Below are positions 1 to 8,991 of a stretch of 64,000 bases of DNA, in pieces. Both the position numbers and the translations under genes were made by a program. The notes beneath the pieces were generated by a model, which saw only the letters and a list, made by a program, of their open reading frames with translations, was not told the origin of the DNA and did no database searches. The stretch's first letter is position 1. Every line of letters starts with the position of its first letter. Source of the stretch: an uncultured Chloroflexia bacterium (GTDB taxonomy: Bacteria; Chloroflexota; Chloroflexia; QHBQ01; JADMIH01); contig CAWCNY010000008.1 in NCBI GenBank assembly GCA_963797095.1, positions 111,431 to 175,430 on the forward strand. Direction: 5' to 3'.

Positions 1-894
1 GGCCAGGTAATAAGTGAAGAGCGCGAAGTCGCCTACGGTGAAACTGCCGGAGGCCATCGCCTGCCCGGCCAGCAGTAGCATGACGCCCAGGCCGAAATCG
101 ATCGAGCCGCCCTCGAGGGCGCTGATCACCGCATTGATCAAGCTCACACGCACTTTCGCTTTGCGCCGTGTGTCGTTCAGTGCGTCAAAGTGGCCGATCA
201 CTTTGCTCTCGGCATTGGCAACCTTGACCGCCTGGACTGCCCCGAAAAGCTCGCCCAGGAAGCCTGTCACCGCGTCGGTGGTTTGACCGACCGCGGCCCA
301 GGCGAGGCGGATGCGCGCCCAGGCGAAGTAGCCCGTCAAGATCGAGACGACTAACGGCAGGAAGATGATCAGCGTGATCGGCAGGTTGATGCTTGCCATA
401 ATAACGACGGCGACGATGAACGCGGCGAGATGGCCGGCCATATAGGGCAACCAGGTAGGGAAGTCGCCGGTCTCGTCCACGTCGTCGCGGTAGCGGTTGA
501 CAGCTTCGCCCGACGATGTCGGTGGCGTAAGGGCACCAGGGCGGCGTAGCGCGGAGGCAAGCAGGTTGCGCCTCATCAAGGCACCCACCACGCCGCGGAA
601 GGTCCAGGAGCACCAGTTGTCCCCGACGTTGACAACCGCTCGGCCAAGCTCCACCGAGATGTAGAGGGCGATCAAGGCCCAGATGTCGAGCTGCACGGGC
701 GCTGCCCCCGTGAGCTTATCGAAGGCGACCTTCTCGATCAGGCCCGGCACGACGCGCGAGCCGAAGTAGAGCGAGTTACTGATGAGCAGCAGCAGAAACG
801 GCACAGGAGCATACCGGATCAGCAACCAGTTGAAGAATGCCGTGCTGATTTTGCGGCTTTTAGGGACTGAATTGGCGTTCGTGTTGGTGCTCAT
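1..894 (-). CDS. ABC exporter permease/ATP-binding protein, N-terminal part (runs off the window edge)
   Basis: Manual translation from the ATG at 894, which overlaps the upstream TGA (ATGA), gives MSTNTNANSVPKSRKISTAFFNWLLIRY...GEAVNRYRDDVDE...GSFTVGDFALFTYY. This is an ABC transmembrane domain and the partner of 891..2696. Confidence 0.85.
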   Translation of the reverse strand, partial: MSTNTNANSVPKSRKISTAFFNWLLIRYAPVPFLLLLISNSLYFGSRVVPGLIEKVAFDKLTGAAPVQLDIWALIALYISVELGRAVVNVGDNWCSWTFRGVVGALMRRNLLASALRRPGALTPPTSSGEAVNRYRDDVDETGDFPTWLPYMAGHLAAFIVAVVIMASINLPITLIIFLPLVVSILTGYFAWARIRLAWAAVGQTTDAVTGFLGELFGAVQAVKVANAESKVIGHFDALNDTRRKAKVRVSLINAVISALEGGSIDFGLGVMLLLAGQAMASGSFTVGDFALFTYYLA

Positions 895-2696
895 GCCAGC
901 GCCTCCTCAAGCCCGGTTTGCAGCAGGCTGTAGAAACGAGACCCGGCGTCGGCGCTCAGCTTTTCGCGTGGTCCATATTCAACTATGCGTCCGCCCTCAA
1001 GTATCAGGATATCGTCGGCCTGCTGTACTGTGTGCAAGCGGTGGGCGATAATGATTGCGCTGCGACTACCGCCCCCAGCCGGGTGTAGCAGAAGGTTGAT
1101 GGCCCGCTCCAGCCGCTGTTCGGTGATCGGGTCGAGCCGCGAGGCGGCCTCGTCCAGAATGATCAACCCTGGGTCCCTAAGCAGCAGGCGTGTAAAAGCG
1201 AGCATTTGCGCTTCGCCCGCCGACATACCGCCGCCGCCGACCGTCAGGCGCGTATCGAGGCCCTGCGGCATCGCGCCGATCCAGTCGCTCAGGCCCAGTG
1301 CGTCGAGCGCTGCAGCGATGCGCTCCTCGCTCACCGTGCGGTCGAAGAAAGCGATGTTGTCGCGCAGGGTGGCGCTGAAAAGCTGCACATCCTGCGTGAC
1401 CATGCCGACGCTGGCGCGTAGATCATCGAGCGCGACATCGCGTATATCGACATCGCCTAACCGGACCGCGCCGCGCGAGGGGTCGTAGAGGCGAAACAGG
1501 AGGCGCGTGAGCGTCGTCTTGCCTGAGCCGGTGCGCCCCAGCACGCCAAGCACGCGCCCGGCAGGCAGGTTGAATGTTACATCGCGCAACACCAGCCCGG
1601 CCTCCTTGTCCTCCTCTGTTTCGGCTGAAACCGGCTCATTGTCAGCATAGGCGAATGAGACGCCATCGAACCCGACCGCCAGCGCGCCCTGCGGCAGCGT
1701 CGCCGTTCCCCGGAAGTGCACGACCGGCTGTTTGCGTAACAACTCGCTGATGCGGTTTATGCCGGCGGTAGAGCGTTGCAGATTGGCGCTCTGGATGCGC
1801 AGGTTGTCGAGCGGTCCGGCCAGCATGCTGATATAGGCGACAATCAGAAAGACCGCGCCGATGGTGATCTGCCCCTGCGTGTAGAGGTAAGCCCCGATGC
1901 CAAGCCCCAGCGCCCAACCGATTGCAAAGAGGAGGCTTGTGATGCTCCAGGAGATGTATTCAACCATCTCGACCGAGCGGCGGGTGTTGAGCGCACGCCG
2001 CGTGAAGCCAAATAGCTTCGCGAGCACATAAGGAGTAGCGCCTATTCCTTGAATATCTTCGACACCGGATATGCGTTCCTCGATATAGCCGAACTGCTCA
2101 GCCGACGCCTGGCGCGCGAGGGTCCAGCGCCGCACGCCCAACCCTTGAACGGCGACTGAGGCAGCGATAGCGACGGCAGTATAGAGGGTGAGCGCCAGGC
2201 CGGCCAGCCAATCCTCGAAGAAGAGGAGGGCCAGCACCCCGATGATAAGAAGGCAATTGGTAACCACTCGGATGAGAAGTTGCGAGAAGAAGTCGGCCAG
2301 GCCGGTAACGTCGCCGTCGACGCGTTCGATCAACTCGCCTGGGGTGTGCGTCTTATGAAAAGGCATATCGAGCCGCAGGAGATGCTCGGTCAACGCCGAG
2401 CGGAGGGCGTTGGTGGCGCTCCAGCCGACGTTAGTGCTGATGTAGGCGGTGGTGACCGCGAGCAGCCGTTGGGCCAGGCTGATGGCGATAAAGGCGATGC
2501 CTGAGTAGATCAGCGGCGCAATATCGCTTTGGCGCTGCGTCGCGTCGATGAAATAGCGGATGATCTGCGGATTGATGAGCTGCAAAGCTACGCTGCCGAA
2601 CAGGAGGGCAGCCATGGCTATTACGCGCCCATGCTGGGGCCTTAGATAGGTACCAAGCAACCGGCGATAATCGGCCAGTGGGAGGGTCAAATGCAT
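891..2696 (-). CDS. ABC exporter (TMD+NBD fusion, MdlA/B-like)
   Basis: Six-TM domain followed by Walker A GRTGSGKT, signature-like MSAGEAQ, Walker B IILDEA and H-loop IAHRL. Confidence 0.92.
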   Translation of the reverse strand: MHLTLPLADYRRLLGTYLRPQHGRVIAMAALLFGSVALQLINPQIIRYFIDATQRQSDIAPLIYSGIAFIAISLAQRLLAVTTAYISTNVGWSATNALRSALTEHLLRLDMPFHKTHTPGELIERVDGDVTGLADFFSQLLIRVVTNCLLIIGVLALLFFEDWLAGLALTLYTAVAIAASVAVQGLGVRRWTLARQASAEQFGYIEERISGVEDIQGIGATPYVLAKLFGFTRRALNTRRSVEMVEYISWSITSLLFAIGWALGLGIGAYLYTQGQITIGAVFLIVAYISMLAGPLDNLRIQSANLQRSTAGINRISELLRKQPVVHFRGTATLPQGALAVGFDGVSFAYADNEPVSAETEEDKEAGLVLRDVTFNLPAGRVLGVLGRTGSGKTTLTRLLFRLYDPSRGAVRLGDVDIRDVALDDLRASVGMVTQDVQLFSATLRDNIAFFDRTVSEERIAAALDALGLSDWIGAMPQGLDTRLTVGGGGMSAGEAQMLAFTRLLLRDPGLIILDEAASRLDPITEQRLERAINLLLHPAGGGSRSAIIIAHRLHTVQQADDILILEGGRIVEYGPREKLSADAGSRFYSLLQTGLEEALA

Positions 2697-2717
2697 TTGT
2701 GCTCCTTAAGAAAGATA

Positions 2718-2739
2718 GACCACGGATCGATCCGTGGCC
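2718..2739 (-). terminator. Hairpin followed by a U-rich run just upstream of the ABC exporter RBS (possible attenuator)
   Basis: Perfect palindrome CCACGGATCGATCCGTGG at 2720-2737, followed on the minus strand by TCTATCTTTCTT and then the GGAG RBS. Confidence 0.4.
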
Positions 2740-3233
2740 CTACTCACCTTCTGATATGGTGCGGCCACGAACAGGAGCGCGCCCATGGCCGTTCTTTACT
2801 CTACGGCATATCTTCCGCCAATAACCGGCGTTGCAGCGATGCAGGCCACGCGAACAACGCAAACCGATCTTCCAAATAAGGTATGGAAGGGCGCTATCGC
2901 GAATCGCCGGATCGCTGGCCGTAATCTTTAGCTTTTTACTGCCAGGCGCTCTCCTAGAGATGCTCTCCTGTAACAGGGATAGAGCATCGTATAGTTTGCA
3001 GCATGGTCTTTGACATGTTGAGGCCTCCTTGGCAGAGGTTATAGCGTCGCAATAGGCGCTATAGCCTGACTTGTATGCTTGCAAGTATAGCCGCCTTCGC
3101 CTGATGCCGTATCGGTCGTTGGTCGTAAATCGCGGCGCAAATGAGGGCGCAGAATCTTGTAGGGGTGCTACCAGGCGCAAACGCCAGATAGAAGGAGAAG
3201 GGTTCACGGTTGATTTCAAGGTACAAGTTCTTG

Positions 3234-3358
3234 GCTGCTTGCGCAGGGAGCGCTACGCGCTGCTTGCGCAGGGAGCGCTACGCGCTGCTTGCGCAGGGAG
3301 CGCTACGCGCTGCTTGCGCAGGGAGCGCTACGCGCTGCTTGCGCAGGGAGCGCTACGC
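3234..3358. repeat. Tandem array of 5 x 25 bp GCTGCTTGCGCAGGGAGCGCTACGC (GTAG/REP-like family)
   Basis: Read directly; no spacers. Shares the core GCAGGGAGCGCTACGCGCTGCT with the arrays at 17641 and 54048. Confidence 0.95.
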
Positions 3359-3447
3359 CCTGCTGTGATAGTGCGACTGCCCGGCCTATGGCATCCTTCG
3401 ATGCATCGCACATCGAACAAGAAATGGAGATAAGCTATACTTAAAGC

Positions 3448-4134
3448 ATGGATCTTGAGCTGAATAAGCACCATCAACATGTGTTAGGGTTGGAACAACT
3501 GAGACGCAAACGCGGTTACAAAGAAGGCTGGCTGTACCATCTCTGCCTGGAAAAAGGTTTACTGAGAGAGCTTCAGGAATTGCAACTGGCCGGGCTGGTA
3601 GGTGACCGGGCGGACACTATCGGGGGCCATGCACTCAGGAGCGCGACCTCAATGGAGGTTGGTGGCGAAGGTGAGATCCTTTCGCCCCGCACGTTGCTCA
3701 CCGTTGAGCTTGTGCCCAGCACCTGCTGGTTCTCCAACCTGCGCTCCGAACTAAGCAAAGATCAATGGGACCAGCTAAGACGCCCCATCTTCAAGAGAGC
3801 AGGCAACCGGTGCGAAGTGTGCGGAGGAAAAGGCACCCACCACCCGGTGGAATGCCATGAAGTATGGCAGTATAACGATGAGCAGCATATACAGCGCCTG
3901 GTCGGGTTGGTGGCTCTATGTCCAGCGTGTCACGAAGCCAAACATATGGGCTTCGCCTCAAGCACGGGTAGAGGAGGGCAAGCACGCGCCCACCTGGCGC
4001 GTATGAACGGCTGGAGCATGGACGACGTGGAGCTTTACCTGGAGGCGCAGTTCGAGCAATGGTCGCGCCGTTCGCAGCATGAATGGTCGCTCGATCTTTC
4101 CTGGCTGCACCAGTTCGGCATAAACACCGAGTGA
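3448..4134 (+). CDS. HNH-family Zn-binding endonuclease-like protein
   Basis: CEVC...ECHEVW...LCPACHEAKH matches an HNH core with a CxxC/CxxC Zn site, preceded by an ELVPSTCWFSNLRS motif. Confidence 0.8.
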   Translation: MDLELNKHHQHVLGLEQLRRKRGYKEGWLYHLCLEKGLLRELQELQLAGLVGDRADTIGGHALRSATSMEVGGEGEILSPRTLLTVELVPSTCWFSNLRSELSKDQWDQLRRPIFKRAGNRCEVCGGKGTHHPVECHEVWQYNDEQHIQRLVGLVALCPACHEAKHMGFASSTGRGGQARAHLARMNGWSMDDVELYLEAQFEQWSRRSQHEWSLDLSWLHQFGINTE

Positions 4135-4166
4135 CGAGTAACGAGTAACGAGTGACGAGTAACGAG
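4128..4166. repeat. Heptamer microsatellite (CGAGTGA/CGAGTAA), about 5.5 units
   Basis: Read directly; the first unit supplies the TGA stop of the HNH gene. Confidence 0.9.
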
Positions 4167-4185
4167 ACGCTACGATCTTATGTAT

Positions 4186-5685
4186 CTATGTAAGCGGTCG
4201 CGGGTGGGCGGTCCCTATCTCGGCAGCGAGCCTGTATTGTGCGGCTGCCTTCTGATACTCGCCCCTGGCCCTCAGTATATTCCCGTATGCAAAGGCCACT
4301 ATGTGCGCTAGCTCCACCAGCCCTCTTCCTTGCACAAGTTGATGTGCCTTTTCGAACAGCGCATCGGCCTCACCCCTATGCCCGCGCTCCTCCTCGATCA
4401 GGCCACCTATATGCAATGCTTCCACCTATGCTGTTGTGATATCTATCGGTGGATGGCCTGCGGCAAGCTCCCAGTTCCGAGTCCCGATTTTGCTCCCCCT
4501 CTCCCTCCCTCATCACACATAGACCCAGCGTCGCGTGCTCGGCAGCCTTATCCAGTTCCCCCTTCTGCGGTACAGATCCGCGTAATCGTACTGCAAATTA
4601 CTCAGCAACACCCGATCGTCCGTCGCTTCCAGCATACCGGCGGCCTTTGCCAGCAACTCCTCCGCCTCATCATATCCGGTATGGCGCACAAGAAGTTCCG
4701 CCAGGTGCATACACACAGCAACTGCTCCCACTATATCATCGAGCGCCTCATAAATATGCAGCGCCCGAGCGGCATATACTTTCGCCTGGGGCCAGTCGTT
4801 GTCAGCCTTGTATGCCACAGCCAGCGCCCACAAGAGGCTGGCCTCCCTTTCCACTCCGTTCAGGTCCGCTATCAGCGCTAGGGCTTCTTTATAAGTGGCT
4901 ATGGCCTGGGGCACATCGCGCAGCGCCCAATTGTCGTTTGCCAGATTGTGCAGGATACTGAGGCGCGGGCTGCGGTCTTTCACCACGCCCTTTTCAATGG
5001 AATAGAGGCATTGCGGGTGGTGATGGAGCGCCGCAACCGGCTGTTCCATGAGATAGTATGCCACTCCAAGCATATTACGCACGATCGTGAGCGAGTCCTC
5101 GTCACCGCCAGCCGCCCCCTGGGCTTCCTCCAGGTGAACCTGAGCCAAGTGTGGTTGTGAACGTTGGAGATATGCCAGCCCTCGCAAGAAGTGGGGCCTG
5201 TAGAGTAGGCGTGGGGGCAGTTTCTTGCTGAAGATAGCGGCGCTTTGCTCCGCACACTCAACAAGAGCCAGCGCCATAGATTTCGCCTACCCCACCACCC
5301 GTATTTGATACGCAGCATTGGCTTCGTCGCCACTGCGTATCAACATTCGAGCGTAGTTGTACTGGTAATTGAGGCCCTCCTGTAATGTCTCCAACTCCGG
5401 CTCTCGAAACGCACCACCTATCCCACTACCCTGATCCTGGTAGCAGCTACCTGTGCCTACCGCTATCCCTACCAGGAAGTGCGATAGCGGTAATGCGAGG
5501 CGAGAGGAGATCTACTCCAGCACCTTCAGAGAAGGGCGCACAGCGCCGCGCTCGATCGCGCTCACATACCCCTCGGTGAAACGGGGGCCTGCCAATTGCT
5601 CTTGTGTCAGCCCTTGCTCCTTTCTCGCTTTGCGGATACGAGCGCCGACAACAGACCCAATATTGTGTCGAAACCCTGTGCGCAT
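4186..5685 (-). pseudogene. Decayed XRE-HTH + TPR transcriptional regulator
   Basis: The HTH (RIRKARKEQGLTQEQLA...YVSAIERGAVRPS) is cut by TAG at 5512-5514. The same frame continues through another TAG (~5288) into TPR ORF 4513..5277. There is a frameshift in a G-run at ~4560, then a further shift and TAG before the 4186..4425 fragment. Confidence 0.8.
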
Positions 5686-5852
5686 GGTTTGCCTTCGCTT
5701 ATCTCTTTCGATCTTGATGCCCCGCCAACCGTGCACATCCACCCGCTAAAGAGCAATTCACCCCTGTCATATCTAGCCAATGCACGTAAAATGCTCAACA
5801 GCGTACTGATTACATGGTAGCACAGGCATTCAAGGCAACACAAGACACACAG

Positions 5853-5884
5853 CTCGTCACTCGTCACTCGTCACTCGCTACTCG
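5853..5884. repeat. Heptamer microsatellite CTCGTCA/CTCGCTA, about 4.5 units
   Basis: Read directly in the divergent intergenic region. Confidence 0.9.
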
Positions 5885-5967
5885 GTGGTTATGCCGGCTT
5901 TTGCTGCTTGAGCGTTATGTGATACAATTCATAGGAAGAGTCAAGATTACGCTAATGGGGTATCAGG

Positions 5968-7536
5968 ATGGAGCCAATCCTCCGATGTATCACCGTTTCT
6001 AAGAGATTCGGCTCATTGTCCGTTCTCAGGCAACTTAGTTTTGAAGTTGCGCCAGGCGAGATCGTAGGGCTGGCGGCAGGGCATGGCGACGGTAAGTCGG
6101 TGCTGGCAGCGATCCTGGCGGGTACCGAGGCTCCCAGCGAAGGTGAAGTGTTCATAGCAGGTCAGCGTATGCGCTGGCCCTTCAGAGCGCGCTCGGTGGG
6201 CGTTGAAGTGATCCACCAGGAGCCGGAGTTTGTCGAGCACCTGGACATTACCGCCAACATCTTTCTCGGCCACGAATTGGGCTGGCTAAAAGGATCGCTT
6301 TTGCGACGGCCTGACGAAGCCCGAATGAACCAACTGGCAACCGATGCCCTCGCCCAACTTGACGCTCATGTAGCACCGCTACATGAACCTGTGGTCAACC
6401 TATCGAGCGAGCAACGCCAGCTTATCGAGATCGCTCGCGCGCTGGTGCACCCGGCACGGCTGGTGATCGTAGACGACCCCGCGCTCCCCCTGAGCTATAC
6501 CTACCAGCAAAAACTGCTGTCGGTGGTGCGCTCGTGGCAACAGCAGGGCACAGCGGTGCTCTTTATCAGCAACAATCTCGATCACCTGTTCGCCCTGGCC
6601 GACCGCATTATCGTGTTGCGGCAGGGCACCTGTGTGGCGAACCTGCGCACCGAGGCCACCGACCGCGAGGACGTGGTAGCAGCCCTGGTCGGCACGACAG
6701 ATCGACAGCAGCTTACGCCTATCATCTGGGCTTTGAGCAGCTACTATCGCGCCCGCGAAGAGGCCGAGAAGCTGGGCAACCGCCAGACCCTGCTGAAGCA
6801 AAATCTCGCCGAGCAGATCGCGGCTCTCGACAGCGCCAACCTGGCACTCCAGGATGCCCACCGCCGCTTGCTTACCGAGCGCGAGCAGGAACGAAAGGCT
6901 CTCGCCCGCGAATTGCACGACCAGGTCATCCAGGACCTGTTGAGTATGAACTACCAGCTAGAAGAGGTCGAAGCGGAGAGCCTTCCTGGGCGCGCCGACC
7001 ATTTCGCCGATGGACTGTCAGAGGTACGCGCCGGAATCAGGGGTCTGGTGGACGATTTGCGCCGCATTTGCGGCAATCTGCGCCCGCCCACCATAGACAG
7101 CCTGGGGGTTGGCGCGGCTCTACAATCGTATACTCGCGACTGGTCCGTGCGCACTGGAATCCCCTTGCGCTTTGAACTGGACGAGCGGCTTGGACGCCTT
7201 CCGGAAGCTCTTGAGCTATCGATCTTCCGGATAGTGCAGGAGGGCTTGAACAACATTCGGAACCATGCAGGGGCTACCGCAGTGCAGGTAGCGCTACGCC
7301 GTACTTCGCCCACCGCCGTGACAATCATCGTGTCGGACAACGGTCGTGGGCTTCCCGAGGATTTCGACCTGGCTATGCTGGCCGAGGGGGGTCATTATGG
7401 CGTGCTGGGGATCAGCGAGCGGGTGGCGCTGGTGGATGGGCGGTGGCAGTTCCAGAACCAGCTTGGGGGTGGCACCCTGCTTCAGGTGGAGATACCCCTC
7501 AAGCGAACAAGGGTGAAAGCTGCGAAAGAAAGATAA
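5968..7536 (+). CDS. Fusion of a degenerate sugar-ABC ATPase domain with a NarX-type histidine kinase (HisKA_3 + HATPase_c)
   Basis: The N-terminal ~245 aa align by eye to the ATPase at 11268 (AGHGDGKS, VIHQE, LSSEQRQ, LVIVDDP, ISNNL). A coiled coil leads to the H-box ERKALARELHDQV, N-box QEGLNNIRNHA and G-boxes DNGRG/GHYGVLG. No TM helices. Confidence 0.9.
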   Translation: MEPILRCITVSKRFGSLSVLRQLSFEVAPGEIVGLAAGHGDGKSVLAAILAGTEAPSEGEVFIAGQRMRWPFRARSVGVEVIHQEPEFVEHLDITANIFLGHELGWLKGSLLRRPDEARMNQLATDALAQLDAHVAPLHEPVVNLSSEQRQLIEIARALVHPARLVIVDDPALPLSYTYQQKLLSVVRSWQQQGTAVLFISNNLDHLFALADRIIVLRQGTCVANLRTEATDREDVVAALVGTTDRQQLTPIIWALSSYYRAREEAEKLGNRQTLLKQNLAEQIAALDSANLALQDAHRRLLTEREQERKALARELHDQVIQDLLSMNYQLEEVEAESLPGRADHFADGLSEVRAGIRGLVDDLRRICGNLRPPTIDSLGVGAALQSYTRDWSVRTGIPLRFELDERLGRLPEALELSIFRIVQEGLNNIRNHAGATAVQVALRRTSPTAVTIIVSDNGRGLPEDFDLAMLAEGGHYGVLGISERVALVDGRWQFQNQLGGGTLLQVEIPLKRTRVKAAKER

Positions 7537-7594
7537 AGCATAATAGAGATAAAGCATAATAAGGAAGTCAAATATGGTTGTTAGGAGTTCAACG

Positions 7595-8644
7595 ATGAAC
7601 ACGGCGCGAATAGTGGTTGCCGACGACCACGCGGTAGTGCGGGCGGGGATCGCTAATGCTCTACGGGGTCTATCCAATATTAAGATCGTGGGAGATGCAA
7701 GCGATGGTGAAACGCTGTTGTCCATCCTGGACAAGACACAGCCTGACTTGCTCGTAACCGACATCACTATGCCCAACTTCGAGCCGATTGAGGGTATCGG
7801 TAGCATCCGTGCGAGGTTCCCGAACCTCAAGATCCTCATTGTAAGCGCCTATGACGACGATATGTACATACAGGGACTGCTGAGGGCAGGCGTGAACGGC
7901 TATCATCTAAAAGACCAACCTCTCAGCGACCTGCGATTGGCCGTGCAGCAGGTGTTGGAAGGCAAGATGTGGGTAACAAGTCGCCTCGTTGAGAAACTGG
8001 TGCAAGAGCATAGTACGCCAACACCGGCCCGGGCCCTGACCGCCCGGCAGCGTGATATGCTACAACTGCTCAAACAGGGCCTGGACAATTATGCTATCGC
8101 ACGCCGCACGGGCTTGAGCGTCAAGACCGTAGAAAACCATCTGACGCGCCTCTACCGGCATTTAGATGTCCAGAGTCGCCTTGAAGCTGTCAATTACTGT
8201 ATGCAGCACCCGGAGGTGCTGGGCGATGCGAAGTTGGCTGCCAACCACTTCCAGGCTCTCACTGTGCAAGCTTCCCTCCAGCCGACCATCCTGATCGTAG
8301 ACGATAATACTCGCTATCGCACCCAGATGCGCCGAATGGTGGGCAAGAACTACCCCGAAGCAATGGTGTATGAGGCGGAGAACACCGCCCTCGCGCTGCG
8401 CTTCGTGGGCGAAGTCAAGCCTCGTCTGGTATTCGCCGACGTGGTGCTTGGCGACGAGAATGGCATTGAGTGTGCATCGCAAATTAAGGCCCTTTCGCCT
8501 GCCACCAGGGTCGTCTTGATCAGCGCGTACCCCGACCGTGAATTTCACCGCGCAGGACTCGAAGCAGGGGCGGTGGCCTTCCTGGACAAGAAGGACCTCA
8601 ACAACGCCACACTACGCGAGGTAATAGCTGATCTAGCAGGTTGA
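7595..8644 (+). CDS. NarL-family response regulator with an extra C-terminal receiver (REC-LuxR HTH-REC)
   Basis: REC1 VADDH...VTDITMP, HTH LTARQRDML...SVKTVENHL, REC2 IVDDN...FADVVL...FLDK. AGGAG RBS before ATG 7595. Confidence 0.9.
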   Translation: MNTARIVVADDHAVVRAGIANALRGLSNIKIVGDASDGETLLSILDKTQPDLLVTDITMPNFEPIEGIGSIRARFPNLKILIVSAYDDDMYIQGLLRAGVNGYHLKDQPLSDLRLAVQQVLEGKMWVTSRLVEKLVQEHSTPTPARALTARQRDMLQLLKQGLDNYAIARRTGLSVKTVENHLTRLYRHLDVQSRLEAVNYCMQHPEVLGDAKLAANHFQALTVQASLQPTILIVDDNTRYRTQMRRMVGKNYPEAMVYEAENTALALRFVGEVKPRLVFADVVLGDENGIECASQIKALSPATRVVLISAYPDREFHRAGLEAGAVAFLDKKDLNNATLREVIADLAG

Positions 8645-8650
8645 TCTTAT

Positions 8651-8666
8651 TAGGGGATTTCCCCTA
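8651..8666. promoter_or_regulatory. 7-2-7 inverted repeat TAGGGGA-TT-TCCCCTA, candidate operator for the response regulator
   Basis: Perfect palindrome with NarL-type 7-2-7 geometry between the regulator gene and the transporter operon. Confidence 0.5.
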
Positions 8667-8683
8667 TTCATTTTGGGGGAAAC

Positions 8684-8720
8684 AAGGGTAGCCAAGTTAC
8701 TTCAACTTGGCTACCCTTTA
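8684..8720 (+). terminator. Perfect 15-bp stem-loop, probable terminator
   Basis: AAGGGTAGCCAAGTT-ACTTC-AACTTGGCTACCCTT followed by TATTC. Confidence 0.55.
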
Positions 8721-8991
8721 TTCGACGTACAGGAATTTTATCCCGTGCGGTTTGATGACCGTAGCTATCGCCCTGTTTTCATGCTCCGTTTATCGCGTAG
8801 CGAGCAAGGATCCCGCGCCAACGAGCATCGTCGCAACTCGCCGGAACGGTCAAGAAGGAGGTGAGTCGCCGGAGACACGATGTTTGAAGCCCTATCTATA
8901 GCCCTATCTATATAGGTAGGCATGAGCATGGCCTTGTGACGGCCATTTTGGCAAGAACGAATTTCGATGAAGAAAAACAGGAGGAAAGTTT

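Noticed and set aside
3234-3358. CRISPR array suggested by 24-25-bp palindromic repeats (also 17641-17820)
   Set aside because: The units are head-to-tail with no spacers, and no cas genes are visible in the window.
2740-3433. ORFs 2740..3219(-) and 3071..3433(+)
   Set aside because: No recognisable motifs or RBS, and the second is largely a translation of the 25-bp repeat. Treated as spurious.
4186-5685. Amber (TAG) recoding suggested by three in-frame TAGs in the XRE-TPR gene
   Set aside because: The same gene also has frameshifts, and many intact genes here end in TAG. Decay is simpler.
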